Positions 37,760 through 48,100 of a DNA stretch of 64,000 bases are shown here, in pieces; position 1 is the first letter of the stretch; the number at the start of each line of letters is the position of its first letter. The stretch is from positions 10,080 to 74,079 of IMG/VR virus record IMGVR_UViG_3300022555_000045, one strand, 5' to 3'. Made by a program: the position numbers and the translations under genes. The DNA comes from a virus. Taxonomy: Duplodnaviria > Caudoviricetes. The notes beneath the pieces are model-generated. The model saw only the letters and a list, made by a program, of their open reading frames with translations, ran no database searches and had not been told where the DNA came from.

Positions 37760-37788
37760 TTGACAACAAATCTTAGTTGTGATAGACT
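37760..37788 (+). promoter_or_regulatory. sigma70-type extended -10 promoter
   Basis: TTGACA-17 bp-TAGACT with TGn. Confidence 0.7.
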
Positions 37789-37825
37789 ACAAAAATAATA
37801 ACATTTCACTAAGAAAGTCAAGACC

Positions 37826-38014
37826 ATGGGTTCCTATAAAATACCTCCTCGTACCAGTATTGGTATTGAGCTTCCTGATGACTTTCAACGTCTTTTTAAA
37901 TTAAAAGACTTAAAGGGTACTACTGCGTTAACTCAAGACGGGTTACCTATAGCCATCTCATCCAAGCTCATTAAGGAAGCTATTACCGATCATCATAGGT
38001 TTGATGATCGGTAA
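37826..38014 (+). CDS. Short ORF, probably the N-terminus of the downstream HNH/HTH gene split by a 1-nt frameshift
   Basis: The -1 frame is open from 38008 into the 38200 ORF and encodes an HTH-like segment with no canonical start. Confidence 0.5.
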   Translation: MGSYKIPPRTSIGIELPDDFQRLFKLKDLKGTTALTQDGLPIAISSKLIKEAITDHHRFDDR

Positions 38015-38199
38015 TAGCTCAAACTTACATCAAACTTGCTAAAGAAGGTTGGCCTCTATCTAAAATTCAAAGGTTATCTGGGTGCAACAACGAGCGTACC
38101 AAGAAATACGTTGAGGATATTCTCAGGGCTGAAGGTTTAGTAATTGAGGACAAGGTCGAGCGTGATTACTACTACGTAGAAGATGATCTAGTAGACTCT

Positions 38200-39837
38200 A
38201 TGTCTGTAGAAGAGAAAATAGACATACTCTACTACGAGTTTGGATTCGGTGTTAAAGAAATAGCACCCTATACAGGTTTTAGCGTTCAGAAGATTTACCC
38301 CAGGATGCCGGAGGCGTATAGCAAATCTTTAGCTTCAGGGTTTAAGTGGGATACTGACTGGACCTACGAGTTAGAATGTCAAGCTGTAGAACTTTCGGAA
38401 AAATACTCGTACAAGTACGCGGCCAAAAAGATTGGCTGCTCTGTGTTTGAAGTAGTAAGTTTATTAGTTCGTTTAGGTAAGACTAAACATCGTACACATG
38501 AGTATGAGCGTCGGAAGTTGCCTTACACGTGTCACCAAAAGAAAATTGTCATCGACCTTTTTAATGATGGTGTACATGAATACTACAAACTAGGAGAAAA
38601 GTCTGGAATTACTAGACACTCTACTTTAGTAGAAGTTTTGAAGGGGGTGGGTGTATATAAGACTCGCGAGGAAAAGTTTCAAGACTATAACGATCCTTTA
38701 CGTCACATGGAAGTTGTACGCTTGCATAATTCAGGAATTACTTACAGGGAAATTTCTGAAATTATTGGAGTGTATAGCCCAGTTAAATGTCATCGTATAG
38801 TTGAAGAGTCGGGAGAGAAACTAGACACTTCTACGTTTAGGAGTTCAGTCCGTAAACGGTTACTAAAAGGTGATCTCACAGTAGAACACCGCGACGCTTA
38901 CTATGAAATGGTTAAGGCTATAACGAACTCGGTGTATCGTCGTTATAAAGACATTATTGATCCTTGTGGTCTGCGTAGTAAAGAGTACCATATAGATCAT
39001 ACACTGTCTATTTTCGATGGAATCACTAGGTACGGTGCGCCTATAGGATTCAAAAAAGTTTGTCACCCCGCTAATTTACGCCCGTTCTACTATAAGGACA
39101 ACTTGTACAAGAGTGTCGAGTCCAACTACACCTACGATCAGCTTAACGAAGCTATTAAAGCTTGGGAATCTAAGCACTGCGTTGTGGACTGGAACAACAT
39201 TATTCGTCCAGGTACTTTGGCTAGGAAAGCTTTGGACGATTACCATGAACTAGCAGCTTCTAGAGGTTTGGACACCTTTCGTCAAGCCTTGTTAAAGGTG
39301 GAAGGGACTCATGAGGAAGAGTTTATAACGGAAGTGGCAAACTCTGATAAAACTACCAGAGAGAAAGTTAAACTTTTATATCTGGAGTTTGGTCTATCTG
39401 CTAGAGAGTTGTGCTCTTATCTTAATATAAGTGCCTACTTATTAGTTAGGTACATTAAGGAGATATATCCTTTGTACGTTAATGTAAGCAGGACTAGGAC
39501 TTGGGAATTTAAGTGGACTTATCTAAAAGAGTCTGTAGCTTGTCTCCTAGTTAAGACTAAATCGTACCGATGGATAGCAAAGCTTCTAGGATGCTCTGTG
39601 TTTGAGTTGGTATACTTGCTACTTATGTTGAAAGCTACTAAACATGTGGCAGGTGTATACGAAAAACGTATAAGAATGTTTACTCAACATGACAAAGCTA
39701 AAGTTCTCAAACTCTATAACAGTGGAGTCACCGAATACTATGCTCTAGCTAGAGCTACACGCACTAATTACACATTTGTAGCTTCTGTGCTTAAACAAGC
39801 TGGTTTGTTTGAACCTCGTCGGCCACCACGCCTGTAA
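38200..39837 (+). CDS. HNH-like endonuclease flanked by duplicated HTH modules
   Basis: Central YHIDHTLSI...HPANLRPFYYKDNL; about 140-aa N- and C-terminal modules are homologous (GCSVFEVV vs GCSVFELV). Confidence 0.7.
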   Translation: MSVEEKIDILYYEFGFGVKEIAPYTGFSVQKIYPRMPEAYSKSLASGFKWDTDWTYELECQAVELSEKYSYKYAAKKIGCSVFEVVSLLVRLGKTKHRTHEYERRKLPYTCHQKKIVIDLFNDGVHEYYKLGEKSGITRHSTLVEVLKGVGVYKTREEKFQDYNDPLRHMEVVRLHNSGITYREISEIIGVYSPVKCHRIVEESGEKLDTSTFRSSVRKRLLKGDLTVEHRDAYYEMVKAITNSVYRRYKDIIDPCGLRSKEYHIDHTLSIFDGITRYGAPIGFKKVCHPANLRPFYYKDNLYKSVESNYTYDQLNEAIKAWESKHCVVDWNNIIRPGTLARKALDDYHELAASRGLDTFRQALLKVEGTHEEEFITEVANSDKTTREKVKLLYLEFGLSARELCSYLNISAYLLVRYIKEIYPLYVNVSRTRTWEFKWTYLKESVACLLVKTKSYRWIAKLLGCSVFELVYLLLMLKATKHVAGVYEKRIRMFTQHDKAKVLKLYNSGVTEYYALARATRTNYTFVASVLKQAGLFEPRRPPRL

Positions 39838-39862
39838 TAACAAAAAACTAATGGAGACCTCT

Positions 39863-40123
39863 ATGTCTACGCCTACGCTTAAACCTTCTGTTAAACACGG
39901 CAGTGCCTTACCTACAGACTTGCAGTTTAATGGTAAAACTTACCGTAACCGTTTTGAACGGCTGCCTAGAGTTTTTGAACTATCTCACATTCTCTACACT
40001 GTAGAGAAGTGGCCTTTAGACAAGATATACAAATTTTTCTCGTCTACTGATGAGTTGCGCCAAGCTCTTATCAAAGAGAGTCTAGTAAAAGTGGAGCTAT
40101 TAAGTCAAAAGACGCTAAGATAA
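39863..40123 (+). CDS. Small hypothetical protein (HTH-like)
   Basis: Probable ATG at 39863 after ggag; EKWPLDKI resembles EGWPLSKI in the 38008 frame. Confidence 0.55.
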   Translation: MSTPTLKPSVKHGSALPTDLQFNGKTYRNRFERLPRVFELSHILYTVEKWPLDKIYKFFSSTDELRQALIKESLVKVELLSQKTLR

Positions 40124-40354
40124 CTTTTTAAAAAGAACGTCTGACTTAATAGCACCAACTCTACAACACCTAGAGTAAACAACTCAGCCTTGTTACCCTA
40201 GGTGTTGTGTTAGAATAAAAAATACTAATTTAATAAAATACCAAACGGGCTAAAAATAAACGGTTTTAACAAGCCCTGTCGGATATAATACTTTAATATG
40301 GAATATACTAATAGCATCTTTCAACGAATATCATATTCTTGAGGAGTACGGATT

Positions 40355-40876
40355 ATGAGAGTCAGCCTAACTGACGTGCTTTCGGTGCCAGACATTCTCA
40401 GTTTAGATTCATTCTACATGGTCATTTCTAGCTGCCCCGGAACAGGCAGTTTGCAGAATTTGGCCCTAAAATGTTTGAACGTCTCTTTGGCCGGTTTCAG
40501 CACGGAAAAGTATACCGTAGCCGTCCATTCGCATCAGGTGAATTTTCGCGGCAGAGGTATTCAGCCACAAACTTTAAGTGTCACGTATTATGAAGATCAG
40601 ACTATGGATACGTGGCGCATATTCAAAACCTGGAAGGAGTATATTGTTGGTACTGTTTCTGGTAATTCGCAAAGCTTTAAGGCTGGTTATTCTACAATCG
40701 GTACACTGCAAATGTTTAACCACCCAGGCGATGTTATTCACACTATGACTTTCTACAATATCTTCCCTACTGACGTGGGTGATGTATCCTTAGACGGTGG
40801 CTCTTCTAACGCTGGTCAGATTCCCGTAACATTCAGTTATGACTACACCTATTCTGATATTGCGCCTAACACCTAA
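40355..40876 (+). CDS. Tail tube protein (T4 gp19-like)
   Basis: 173 aa; VNFRGR, LSVTYYED, FYNIFPTDVGDVSLD, VTFSYDY. Confidence 0.85.
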   Translation: MRVSLTDVLSVPDILSLDSFYMVISSCPGTGSLQNLALKCLNVSLAGFSTEKYTVAVHSHQVNFRGRGIQPQTLSVTYYEDQTMDTWRIFKTWKEYIVGTVSGNSQSFKAGYSTIGTLQMFNHPGDVIHTMTFYNIFPTDVGDVSLDGGSSNAGQIPVTFSYDYTYSDIAPNT

Positions 40877-40920
40877 CCCACTAGAAGTCTTTAATACGCG
40901 TAATACACTAACGCTAGTAA

Positions 40921-40967
40921 AGACCAAGTGGTTATGTAATACTAATTAACCCATAACCACTTGGTCT
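40921..40967 (+). terminator. Hairpin / terminator after tube
   Basis: agaccaagtggttatg...cataaccacttggtct, a 16-bp stem. Confidence 0.65.
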
Positions 40968-41057
40968 ACTCTACGCCGTCTAAAGCCTAAAGCCTGTATA
41001 CTCATCTAACTATACAAATAACCCAAGTTAATCTTTAAAAACAGTCAGGCTAGTAAA

Positions 41058-42221
41058 ATGTCTAATATAACATTAAACACTGTTCTAGCTATGGCTGATC
41101 CAGCCCCAAGTTGGGATTGGGTTGTATATTTTCCCTCTATTATGGGTGTGTCGCTACCAATAACTTATGTGGAAGAGATAGAATTTACTTTAATGGATAT
41201 TCCCGCTAACGGTAAGCCGATGGCAGGTACTCAAATATATTTTCCAGGAGCTAATAGCGTAGGCGGTGTGTCTGTAACCTTTTATGAAGATGTAAATTAT
41301 CTAACAACTAACTACTTAGCTTCTTGGCGCGCTTTAATAGTTGATCCTGCTACTGGTTATTATGGTCTTCCTAGAGGTGGCGTAGGTGGTGGCTACAAGA
41401 AAGAAGTGTCCTTTCAAGCGTTCAACGGTTTAGGTGGCGTTGCTTTTAAGGGCGTATTCACTGGTATGTGGCCTACTCAACCTTCAGGATTAAGTTTTCA
41501 ATCTCAATCTTCTGACCGTGTTAGGATAACCTGTAACTTCTCTGTGGACGATACAGATATTCAAACAGGCGGTGCAGATTCTTTTTCATTAGGTGCTTTA
41601 AACACTAATAGTATAGGTTCTAGTCTTGGATCGTTAGGTTCCGGCTTAGGTTCCCTAATGCCAGATATTACTAATACTGTTAATTCAGGTTTTGACTCAA
41701 TTGCTTCTGCTGCAAATACGTTATCAGGACTAGCAGGTACGGTAACTAATGTAGTACAAACAGTTCAGCAATTTGCATCTAATCCTATTGCAGCAGCTAC
41801 TGGGTTAGCATTAAGCAGTCTAAGTGGTTCTGTCAGTGGAGCTACAACTATATTAGGAGCAGCAGCACAAACGGTAAATACAGCTAGAACGTTAATTAGT
41901 GCAGTTTCTCCAAGATCCTCTAACTTCCAGACTGGTGGGCTATTACAAGGAGTAGCTTCTGGTATAAATACTGTTACATCAGCTACTAATAGTTTAGCCA
42001 TGTTAGCTAATGGTCAGGCGGCGGTGTTACGAGGTATGAACAATCTTATTAACAATAATGCTAATAATCAGATTACCTGGAATAACGCTATGACTAATAC
42101 TACAAATTCAGCTACTAGTATGCAATACAATCTAAATACCTCCGCAAACACTGTACTTTCAGCTAACAATCTGTTATTAGACCATATGCAGTCAGCACGC
42201 ACTAATATTTTTGGTGACTAG
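41058..42221 (+). CDS. Tube-like protein (tube initiator, gp48/gp54-like) with a low-complexity extension
   Basis: N-terminal tube fold (VSVTFYED, GMWPT, ITCNFSVD) followed by an S/G/A/T/N-rich tail. Confidence 0.7.
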   Translation: MSNITLNTVLAMADPAPSWDWVVYFPSIMGVSLPITYVEEIEFTLMDIPANGKPMAGTQIYFPGANSVGGVSVTFYEDVNYLTTNYLASWRALIVDPATGYYGLPRGGVGGGYKKEVSFQAFNGLGGVAFKGVFTGMWPTQPSGLSFQSQSSDRVRITCNFSVDDTDIQTGGADSFSLGALNTNSIGSSLGSLGSGLGSLMPDITNTVNSGFDSIASAANTLSGLAGTVTNVVQTVQQFASNPIAAATGLALSSLSGSVSGATTILGAAAQTVNTARTLISAVSPRSSNFQTGGLLQGVASGINTVTSATNSLAMLANGQAAVLRGMNNLINNNANNQITWNNAMTNTTNSATSMQYNLNTSANTVLSANNLLLDHMQSARTNIFGD

Positions 42222-42275
42222 AATCTAATTTTAGTTAAGAGAGTTTTTAAATTAAAAGAAACTGGAGTCTTAAAA

Positions 42276-43823
42276 ATGGCTATACCTTCTAGAGCAGCAG
42301 AAATTCTTAAAAACGCCAAGTTTGAAGACGTTAACGGTAAGGTGTACACACAAGAAGAAATAATGCAACGTGGCAATAAACCACCTCCCGGTATGAGAAC
42401 ACACAATCCCCACAATACTCAAAATACTCAATCGGTTCCTGCACCTGTTCCCCCTCGGTCTACTAACGGTCTAACACAAAATCCACCGTCTGTACAGCCT
42501 AACCGTACTGGTAAAATTGACCCTAAAAACCTTCCTGTTCACGAAATGGGTGGGAAAACTGCTAAAGAAATTTATGATGAGCAGGCTTCTAAAAAGGCCA
42601 AAGACCAAACAATAACCAAGCAATTTGAAGCGTTAGCTGGTGGCCCTCCTCCAGGACCCGTTAGCAATTACGCTGAAGTACGGGCCGCTCAAGAGAAAAT
42701 GCGTAAGCAGGCTCTGCAAATGAGTGGTACCGGTGACGAATTTGACGATATTTCTAGCCTTACTGACAGCCTTACCCAGAATTTAAATTCCTCTGCGGAT
42801 ACGTCAGATCAGGCTGAATATCAGGATATTGTACCTTTACGTCAAGTACAGCAGCCTCCTGTGCAACCGCAGAAAGCTAAGCCTAAATTAGATTCTCAGG
42901 AAGATATTCTAAAAGAGCAACGTAAAAATCAACCGCTTAACGTGTCTCCCATTTTGTTAAAAGCACGTAGTACAATAGACCCTAAAATGCAGCGCATTTC
43001 ATTACCTAGTAAGTGCAATTTTTATAATTTCGATGAAGTGTTTGTCCGTCCGTTTGGTATACCTGATATGTTTAAGGTGGCTCAGGTTCAAAATAGTAAG
43101 AACTTGACCTTGTTGATCGACCTTATTGATAACACATTATCTGTAGACGCTCGTGACCTATCTCGGCAAGACTTTTACTACATGCTGTATACCCAACGGT
43201 ATTTGAGCTATCCTCGTACACCGTTCAATATTACTTGGACATCTAAGTACGGTAATAGGGGAAATACTGAAGTTCGTCGGTCAGAGCTAGACATTATCGA
43301 AGCTACTCTCTCTAAAGAAGACTTCAATACACAGTTTCGTAGTAAGGGGTTTACAATTCCTACAGTTAGGGATTGGGAGCTTCTTGAGACTGAGAACTTA
43401 GACGAGGAAGTACGTTGGACTTACGAACGTGCTCAATATGTTATTGGAGATACTCTAGAAGAGAAAATAGAGAATCTCTACAAAATGGACGTTGGTGATC
43501 TAGCCCTAATACCTGAGCTAATAGATAAATGTGATCACGGTGTTAGTGAAATGGTCAAGGTTACTGACCCAAGTTTCAACGCGGTCTTCTGGTTAGAGAA
43601 CCTTAAACACCAATATATTACTACAGCTAAGGCTTTTGAATCGGCCACAACCAGTAGTGATATTGACTCTGACCTAATTGAAACCTTGACCGAGAGTCTT
43701 ACTTCTTTGGATAAAGAAATCCAGCAGATTGAACGTGACCTTAGCCTCGGTAATCCGGTAGCCGCTGACCCGGAGACTGTGAGGCTGAAGATCAACATCT
43801 TCTCATTCTTTCCAACAATATGA
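42276..43823 (+). CDS. Baseplate hub / tail assembly chaperone (T4 gp26-like) with a long N-terminal extension
   Basis: ISLPSKCNFY...VRPF...DFYYML, ends in FFP; located between tube and tape measure. Confidence 0.65.
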   Translation: MAIPSRAAEILKNAKFEDVNGKVYTQEEIMQRGNKPPPGMRTHNPHNTQNTQSVPAPVPPRSTNGLTQNPPSVQPNRTGKIDPKNLPVHEMGGKTAKEIYDEQASKKAKDQTITKQFEALAGGPPPGPVSNYAEVRAAQEKMRKQALQMSGTGDEFDDISSLTDSLTQNLNSSADTSDQAEYQDIVPLRQVQQPPVQPQKAKPKLDSQEDILKEQRKNQPLNVSPILLKARSTIDPKMQRISLPSKCNFYNFDEVFVRPFGIPDMFKVAQVQNSKNLTLLIDLIDNTLSVDARDLSRQDFYYMLYTQRYLSYPRTPFNITWTSKYGNRGNTEVRRSELDIIEATLSKEDFNTQFRSKGFTIPTVRDWELLETENLDEEVRWTYERAQYVIGDTLEEKIENLYKMDVGDLALIPELIDKCDHGVSEMVKVTDPSFNAVFWLENLKHQYITTAKAFESATTSSDIDSDLIETLTESLTSLDKEIQQIERDLSLGNPVAADPETVRLKINIFSFFPTI

Positions 43824-43845
43824 AGCTCAAGTAATCTATGACCGC

Positions 43846-44037
43846 ATGTACAGTTTAAGTATGCACCTTAGCAACTTGAACTACGACACCATGACGTGTA
43901 TGGATTTTATCTACTTGAGCAATATGCTGTACAAAGACATCCGAGACCGTCGTGCTTCAGACCAACTTGGTCAACAGCAAGCTAAAGGTGTTAACCAAGT
44001 CAAACAAAGTTTGATGAAACGGTTCAATCGTCGTTAA
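43846..44037 (+). CDS. Small chaperone partner (gp51/GT-like)
   Basis: Directly follows the chaperone; its frame is open from 43789. Confidence 0.55.
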   Translation: MYSLSMHLSNLNYDTMTCMDFIYLSNMLYKDIRDRRASDQLGQQQAKGVNQVKQSLMKRFNRR

Positions 44038-44166
44038 CCTTTGTTAGCAGTAAGACTGAGTTCTTATATAAGCCTTTTGGAACTACCTTAGGAAACCTCT
44101 AGCTCTTCAAACTTTGGGTTCTCAGTCCCCTTAGTTGATTGCTATGTTTGCCTATCTAACTATTAA

Positions 44167-44210
44167 AGTGCCGGGCTTTTCGTAATGGAAGCCCGGCACT
44201 ATTTTTTATT
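44167..44210 (+). terminator. Intrinsic terminator
   Basis: agtgccgggctt...aagcccggcact followed by attttttattttt. Confidence 0.85.
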
Positions 44211-44310
44211 TTTAGGCTTTCAGTTTGTAATCTGAATCTTAATTTTGTTTGTAGCGTAAGTTCTGTTGTAAAAATTCTTTTCTAATAGCTAAGAAGAAAA
44301 GGTTAAGGCA

Positions 44311-45123
44311 ATGTCTATCCTTTATCCCAGTTGTTACCGGCTATATGATTTCAAAGCTGCAACAATAAAGCCGTTCAAAATTGTTCATCTGACTCAGATT
44401 GTTGCAGTGCTGAGCAACAATGACTTGAAATTGATGTTCAATTTGTTTGACGACGTTCATTCGGTTAAAACAGGCAATTTGACACTAGCTGACTTTGAGT
44501 TTTTGCTTTATTACCAGTGGTTCAATACGTTCAAGAAGCCTTTAGAGATTACCTGGACCTCTAAGTACGGTAACGATAACATTGCCAAAGTTGAAATGAG
44601 CGACTTCAAAATCAAACGTTTGGAGACTCTGGACCTTACTGATTATACAAACTTTGTTGTCCCTCGTGCCGAAGAAATGTTACTACTGAACGGTGAATTG
44701 AAGCCAGAAGTCAAGTGGGTCTACGACCGAATTCAATATTTGCCTGGCAACAGTATTGCCGATAAAGTAGCAACCTTTGCTGACGGCGACCCTAGCGTGC
44801 TGGACACAATCCGTAAGTTTATCAAAGCTACCAACCACGGCTTGGATAAAACTATCTCCCGCACCGATGAGAAATTTGACAGTGCGAAATACCTGTTCAG
44901 TCTGTACGAAGACCGTAACCGTTTAAAGTTTCATTTACAACACACCAATGATTTAGTGGTGTACGGTAACGTCGCTGACGGCTTGTACACATTGGACCAA
45001 GAGATTTCTAACCTGGAAATCTTGACTGGCCGCAAACAAGTTGAATTCAACAAACCTGTCAAAACTTACCCCGAAGCCGAGATGTTAACCATTGACCTTG
45101 ACTTGACTGACTACGTTGAGTAA
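44311..45123 (+). CDS. Paralog of the gp26-like chaperone domain
   Basis: ITWTSKYGN is identical; YPSCYRLYDF vs LPSKCNFYNF; HGLDKT vs HGVSEM. Confidence 0.75.
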   Translation: MSILYPSCYRLYDFKAATIKPFKIVHLTQIVAVLSNNDLKLMFNLFDDVHSVKTGNLTLADFEFLLYYQWFNTFKKPLEITWTSKYGNDNIAKVEMSDFKIKRLETLDLTDYTNFVVPRAEEMLLLNGELKPEVKWVYDRIQYLPGNSIADKVATFADGDPSVLDTIRKFIKATNHGLDKTISRTDEKFDSAKYLFSLYEDRNRLKFHLQHTNDLVVYGNVADGLYTLDQEISNLEILTGRKQVEFNKPVKTYPEAEMLTIDLDLTDYVE

Positions 45124-45156
45124 TACCCAAGCCTAGTAGAAAAACGGTGACCTCTA

Positions 45157-48100
45157 ATGTTAAACCTGTCAGAAGCTCAGAACTACGTTAACGGCCGTGC
45201 TCAGATGTTCCGTCCTAGGGATTCCTTAGGACGGTTTGTTGGTGGTGCCCAACCCAAACAATCAAAGTACGATGAGACTGTTGAACTTCAACAGATCAAA
45301 TCAACGTTGCTCCGTCTTGAGAAACTGATGGGTAAGCAGGTTACTACTGCTACCTTGAATAAGGCAGGCTTGTCTCCTCTTGGCCCACTTAATACTCCAG
45401 CTAACGGTAACGCTCGCGCCAAACAGACGGCCAAAGAAGACAAAGACATTGCTGACAAGAAGCGTGACTTCATTGCCAACGAGCGTCGTGAACGTCGTGA
45501 AATTGACAAAGTTCGTCTTGAGAAGCGGGAAGTTATAGACCTTCGTAAAAACCGCAAAGAAGTTCACAAGGATTTCCAAGAGGTTGACAAGCGGTTAGAT
45601 CAGATAATTAAACTGCTCAATAACGCTAACGGTACGTCTATTCTCTCTACGGTTGAAAACTTACTTAAAGACGTAGTTGAAGGTTACTTGTTAAAGAAAT
45701 TTTTTGATATGTTTAATAAGAATAAGCCTACGAAGGAAGCTACTAAACCTACTAAGGCGGAACCTAAAGAAAAGCCTACTAAGACTGAACCTAATGAGAA
45801 GCCCTCTAAGAAGACAACTACTCCAGAAGAAAGAACTAAAGGCGCTAAGCCACAAAAAGGTGGAATAGGCGAAAACTTAAAAACCTGGATGGCGTCTAAA
45901 GGATTCCTTGGTAACAAAGCTAAGGCAGAAGCTGAAGCTAAGATTGCCGGTGAAGTTGCTGAAAAGGCAGAACTAGACCGTTTAGCCAGAGAAAAAACCG
46001 CACTAGAAGCCAGGACCGAAGCTAATAATAAATTAGCAGAAGTAGCAGAACTTGATATTAAAGCCTCTAAGGAAGCTATAGAACTAGCCAAAGCTCGTGA
46101 AACCGAAATTACAAAAGAGCAAGAGGCTAACAAAGCTCGTGAGCAGGCTAAGACTTCCGGGCTTAAAGAAGACAATGCCGCTCTAGAAGCTAAAGAACGT
46201 GAACTGGACAAAGCTCGTGCTGATAGAAAAGCACTTGAGCTGAAGGCTGCTGACTCCAAAATCCAAGCCGAAAAGGCAAAAGCTGACACTGCCCGAGCTG
46301 AGTTAGCCGCTGCCGAACAAGAAGCACGCGTAGCTAAAGACAAGCAGAACAAAGTTGAAGCTGACGCAAAGGCTCAATTAGAAGCCTCTAAGAAACCTCC
46401 TACAGAGCCTGTTAAGCCTGTAGAAGAACCGCATGTTCCTACTAAAGGTCTTACTAGTGAAGAGCATGTTGGTGGTGTAGGTGGAGGTAAGGTAGCCGCT
46501 GTAGCGGCTGCAGCAACTATAGCGTTAACGGCACTTGGCCTTGCTAAGGAACAGTCCAAAGTAGATGATGAGCGTATTAACGGTGCTCTATCGGAAGAAC
46601 AAGCTTTAGCTAAAAAACAAAAAAATCAGGCAGAAACTATTTCAGGGTTAATAAACGATGTTTCGGCATGGCAAGCTATAGAAATGGGATTAGCTGTTGC
46701 TATGGGGGCAGTAGGAACAGTAGCTGCTGCACCTGCTGTAGGTATAGGAGGAGTATCTGCTGCCGTCATCGGCGGCGGCGTAATTGCTGCAGGAATGGCT
46801 TATGATGTTGTGGCGCCGTCATTAGGCTTGCCTACTATTACAGGCCCTATCACTAAAGGTTTTGAGGGTATTAAAGGTTTACTAGGGAAAGGTGATAACT
46901 CTGATAAACCTAAAGAAGGTGAAGTTACTACAGCAGTACCTGCTACTACAGGAACTCAAGCTGCACCTTCAGCTCCAGCGGCTCCTGTATCCGCTATACC
47001 AGTAGCGGAACCTACACTTGTATCTTCTACGACTCCTGGTACAAGTAGTAAAGACAACAAGGCAACAACTCCTTCCCTCTGGGACAATATAAGTGGGTTT
47101 TTTGTATCAGAAGCTCACGCTGATACGTTACCTCCTGATTTTGATCCTAAGGCGCTTACAGCAGGTTCTACTCCTAGCAAGGAAGACATTAGTTTATTCA
47201 ACTATTATTCTGATGGTATTAAGCAACTTGAAGTCTCTAAGATTATAAAGGAAAACGGTCTTATAGACAGTTGGAGCTTAGAGACTTGCTTAATTAAAGT
47301 AGAGCAAATCAAAGAGATAATAAACCAGTTAAACGAGATTTTGACTTATTTTGACTCCCGTGTTGACGGGGACAGCCAAAGTTTAGCTAAGCGTACTGAT
47401 AAACTAATTTACGCTTTTAAAGCACGCTTAGAGAGTATTAAAAAGAGGATAGAAGACTTAAAGAAATCCTCGGAAGCTACTGCAACAATTACGGCAGCGG
47501 CTGCTAAAGTTATAGACACTGTTGTAACAGTTGGTTCACAAGCTGCACCAGCAATCACCACTCCTGCCGTAATTTCTACCCCTACGGCAGAAAGCAAACC
47601 TTCTTCTATTTTAACTAGAGGCTTATCTTCAGCCGGAGCCTCTTTGGCAGCCGGAGCTACAGCAGTTGGTGATTTTATAATGCCTAGTGCTAACGCTAAT
47701 GAGATAGGCGCTGTACCTCCTGTACCTATGGCAGGGAACGCTCCGTCTTCAACACCTCCTACAGCCCAACCTGCAATAGACCGAGCAATAGGAGTTAATC
47801 CGTCAGTAGCTGATCAAATACCTTCTAGTAAACAACCTGTTGCTGCTACCCCTTCACAGCCTCCCCCGCCACCTCCTAGAGAGCAGCCTCCTACAGCCGG
47901 AGGTAATGAAGGCAGTTTATCGGCGTCTCTGTCTTCTACTTTAATTACTAATGTTAAAAAATTAGAGGGGTTTACCGCAGTAGCTGCAGCCGACTACAAA
48001 CAACTATCTAATGGTTACGGTACTAAATCTAGGTATCCTGGTGAAGAAATAGATAAAACTGAAGCAGAGAAGCGATTAAAAGAAGAGTTAGCTAAAGCCA

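Noticed and set aside
44054-44127. tRNA-sized fold with a 7-bp gactgag/ctcagtc stem and a TTCAAA motif
   Set aside because: No pairable T stem, no canonical D or anticodon arms and no CCA. At most an unspecific structured 3' UTR.
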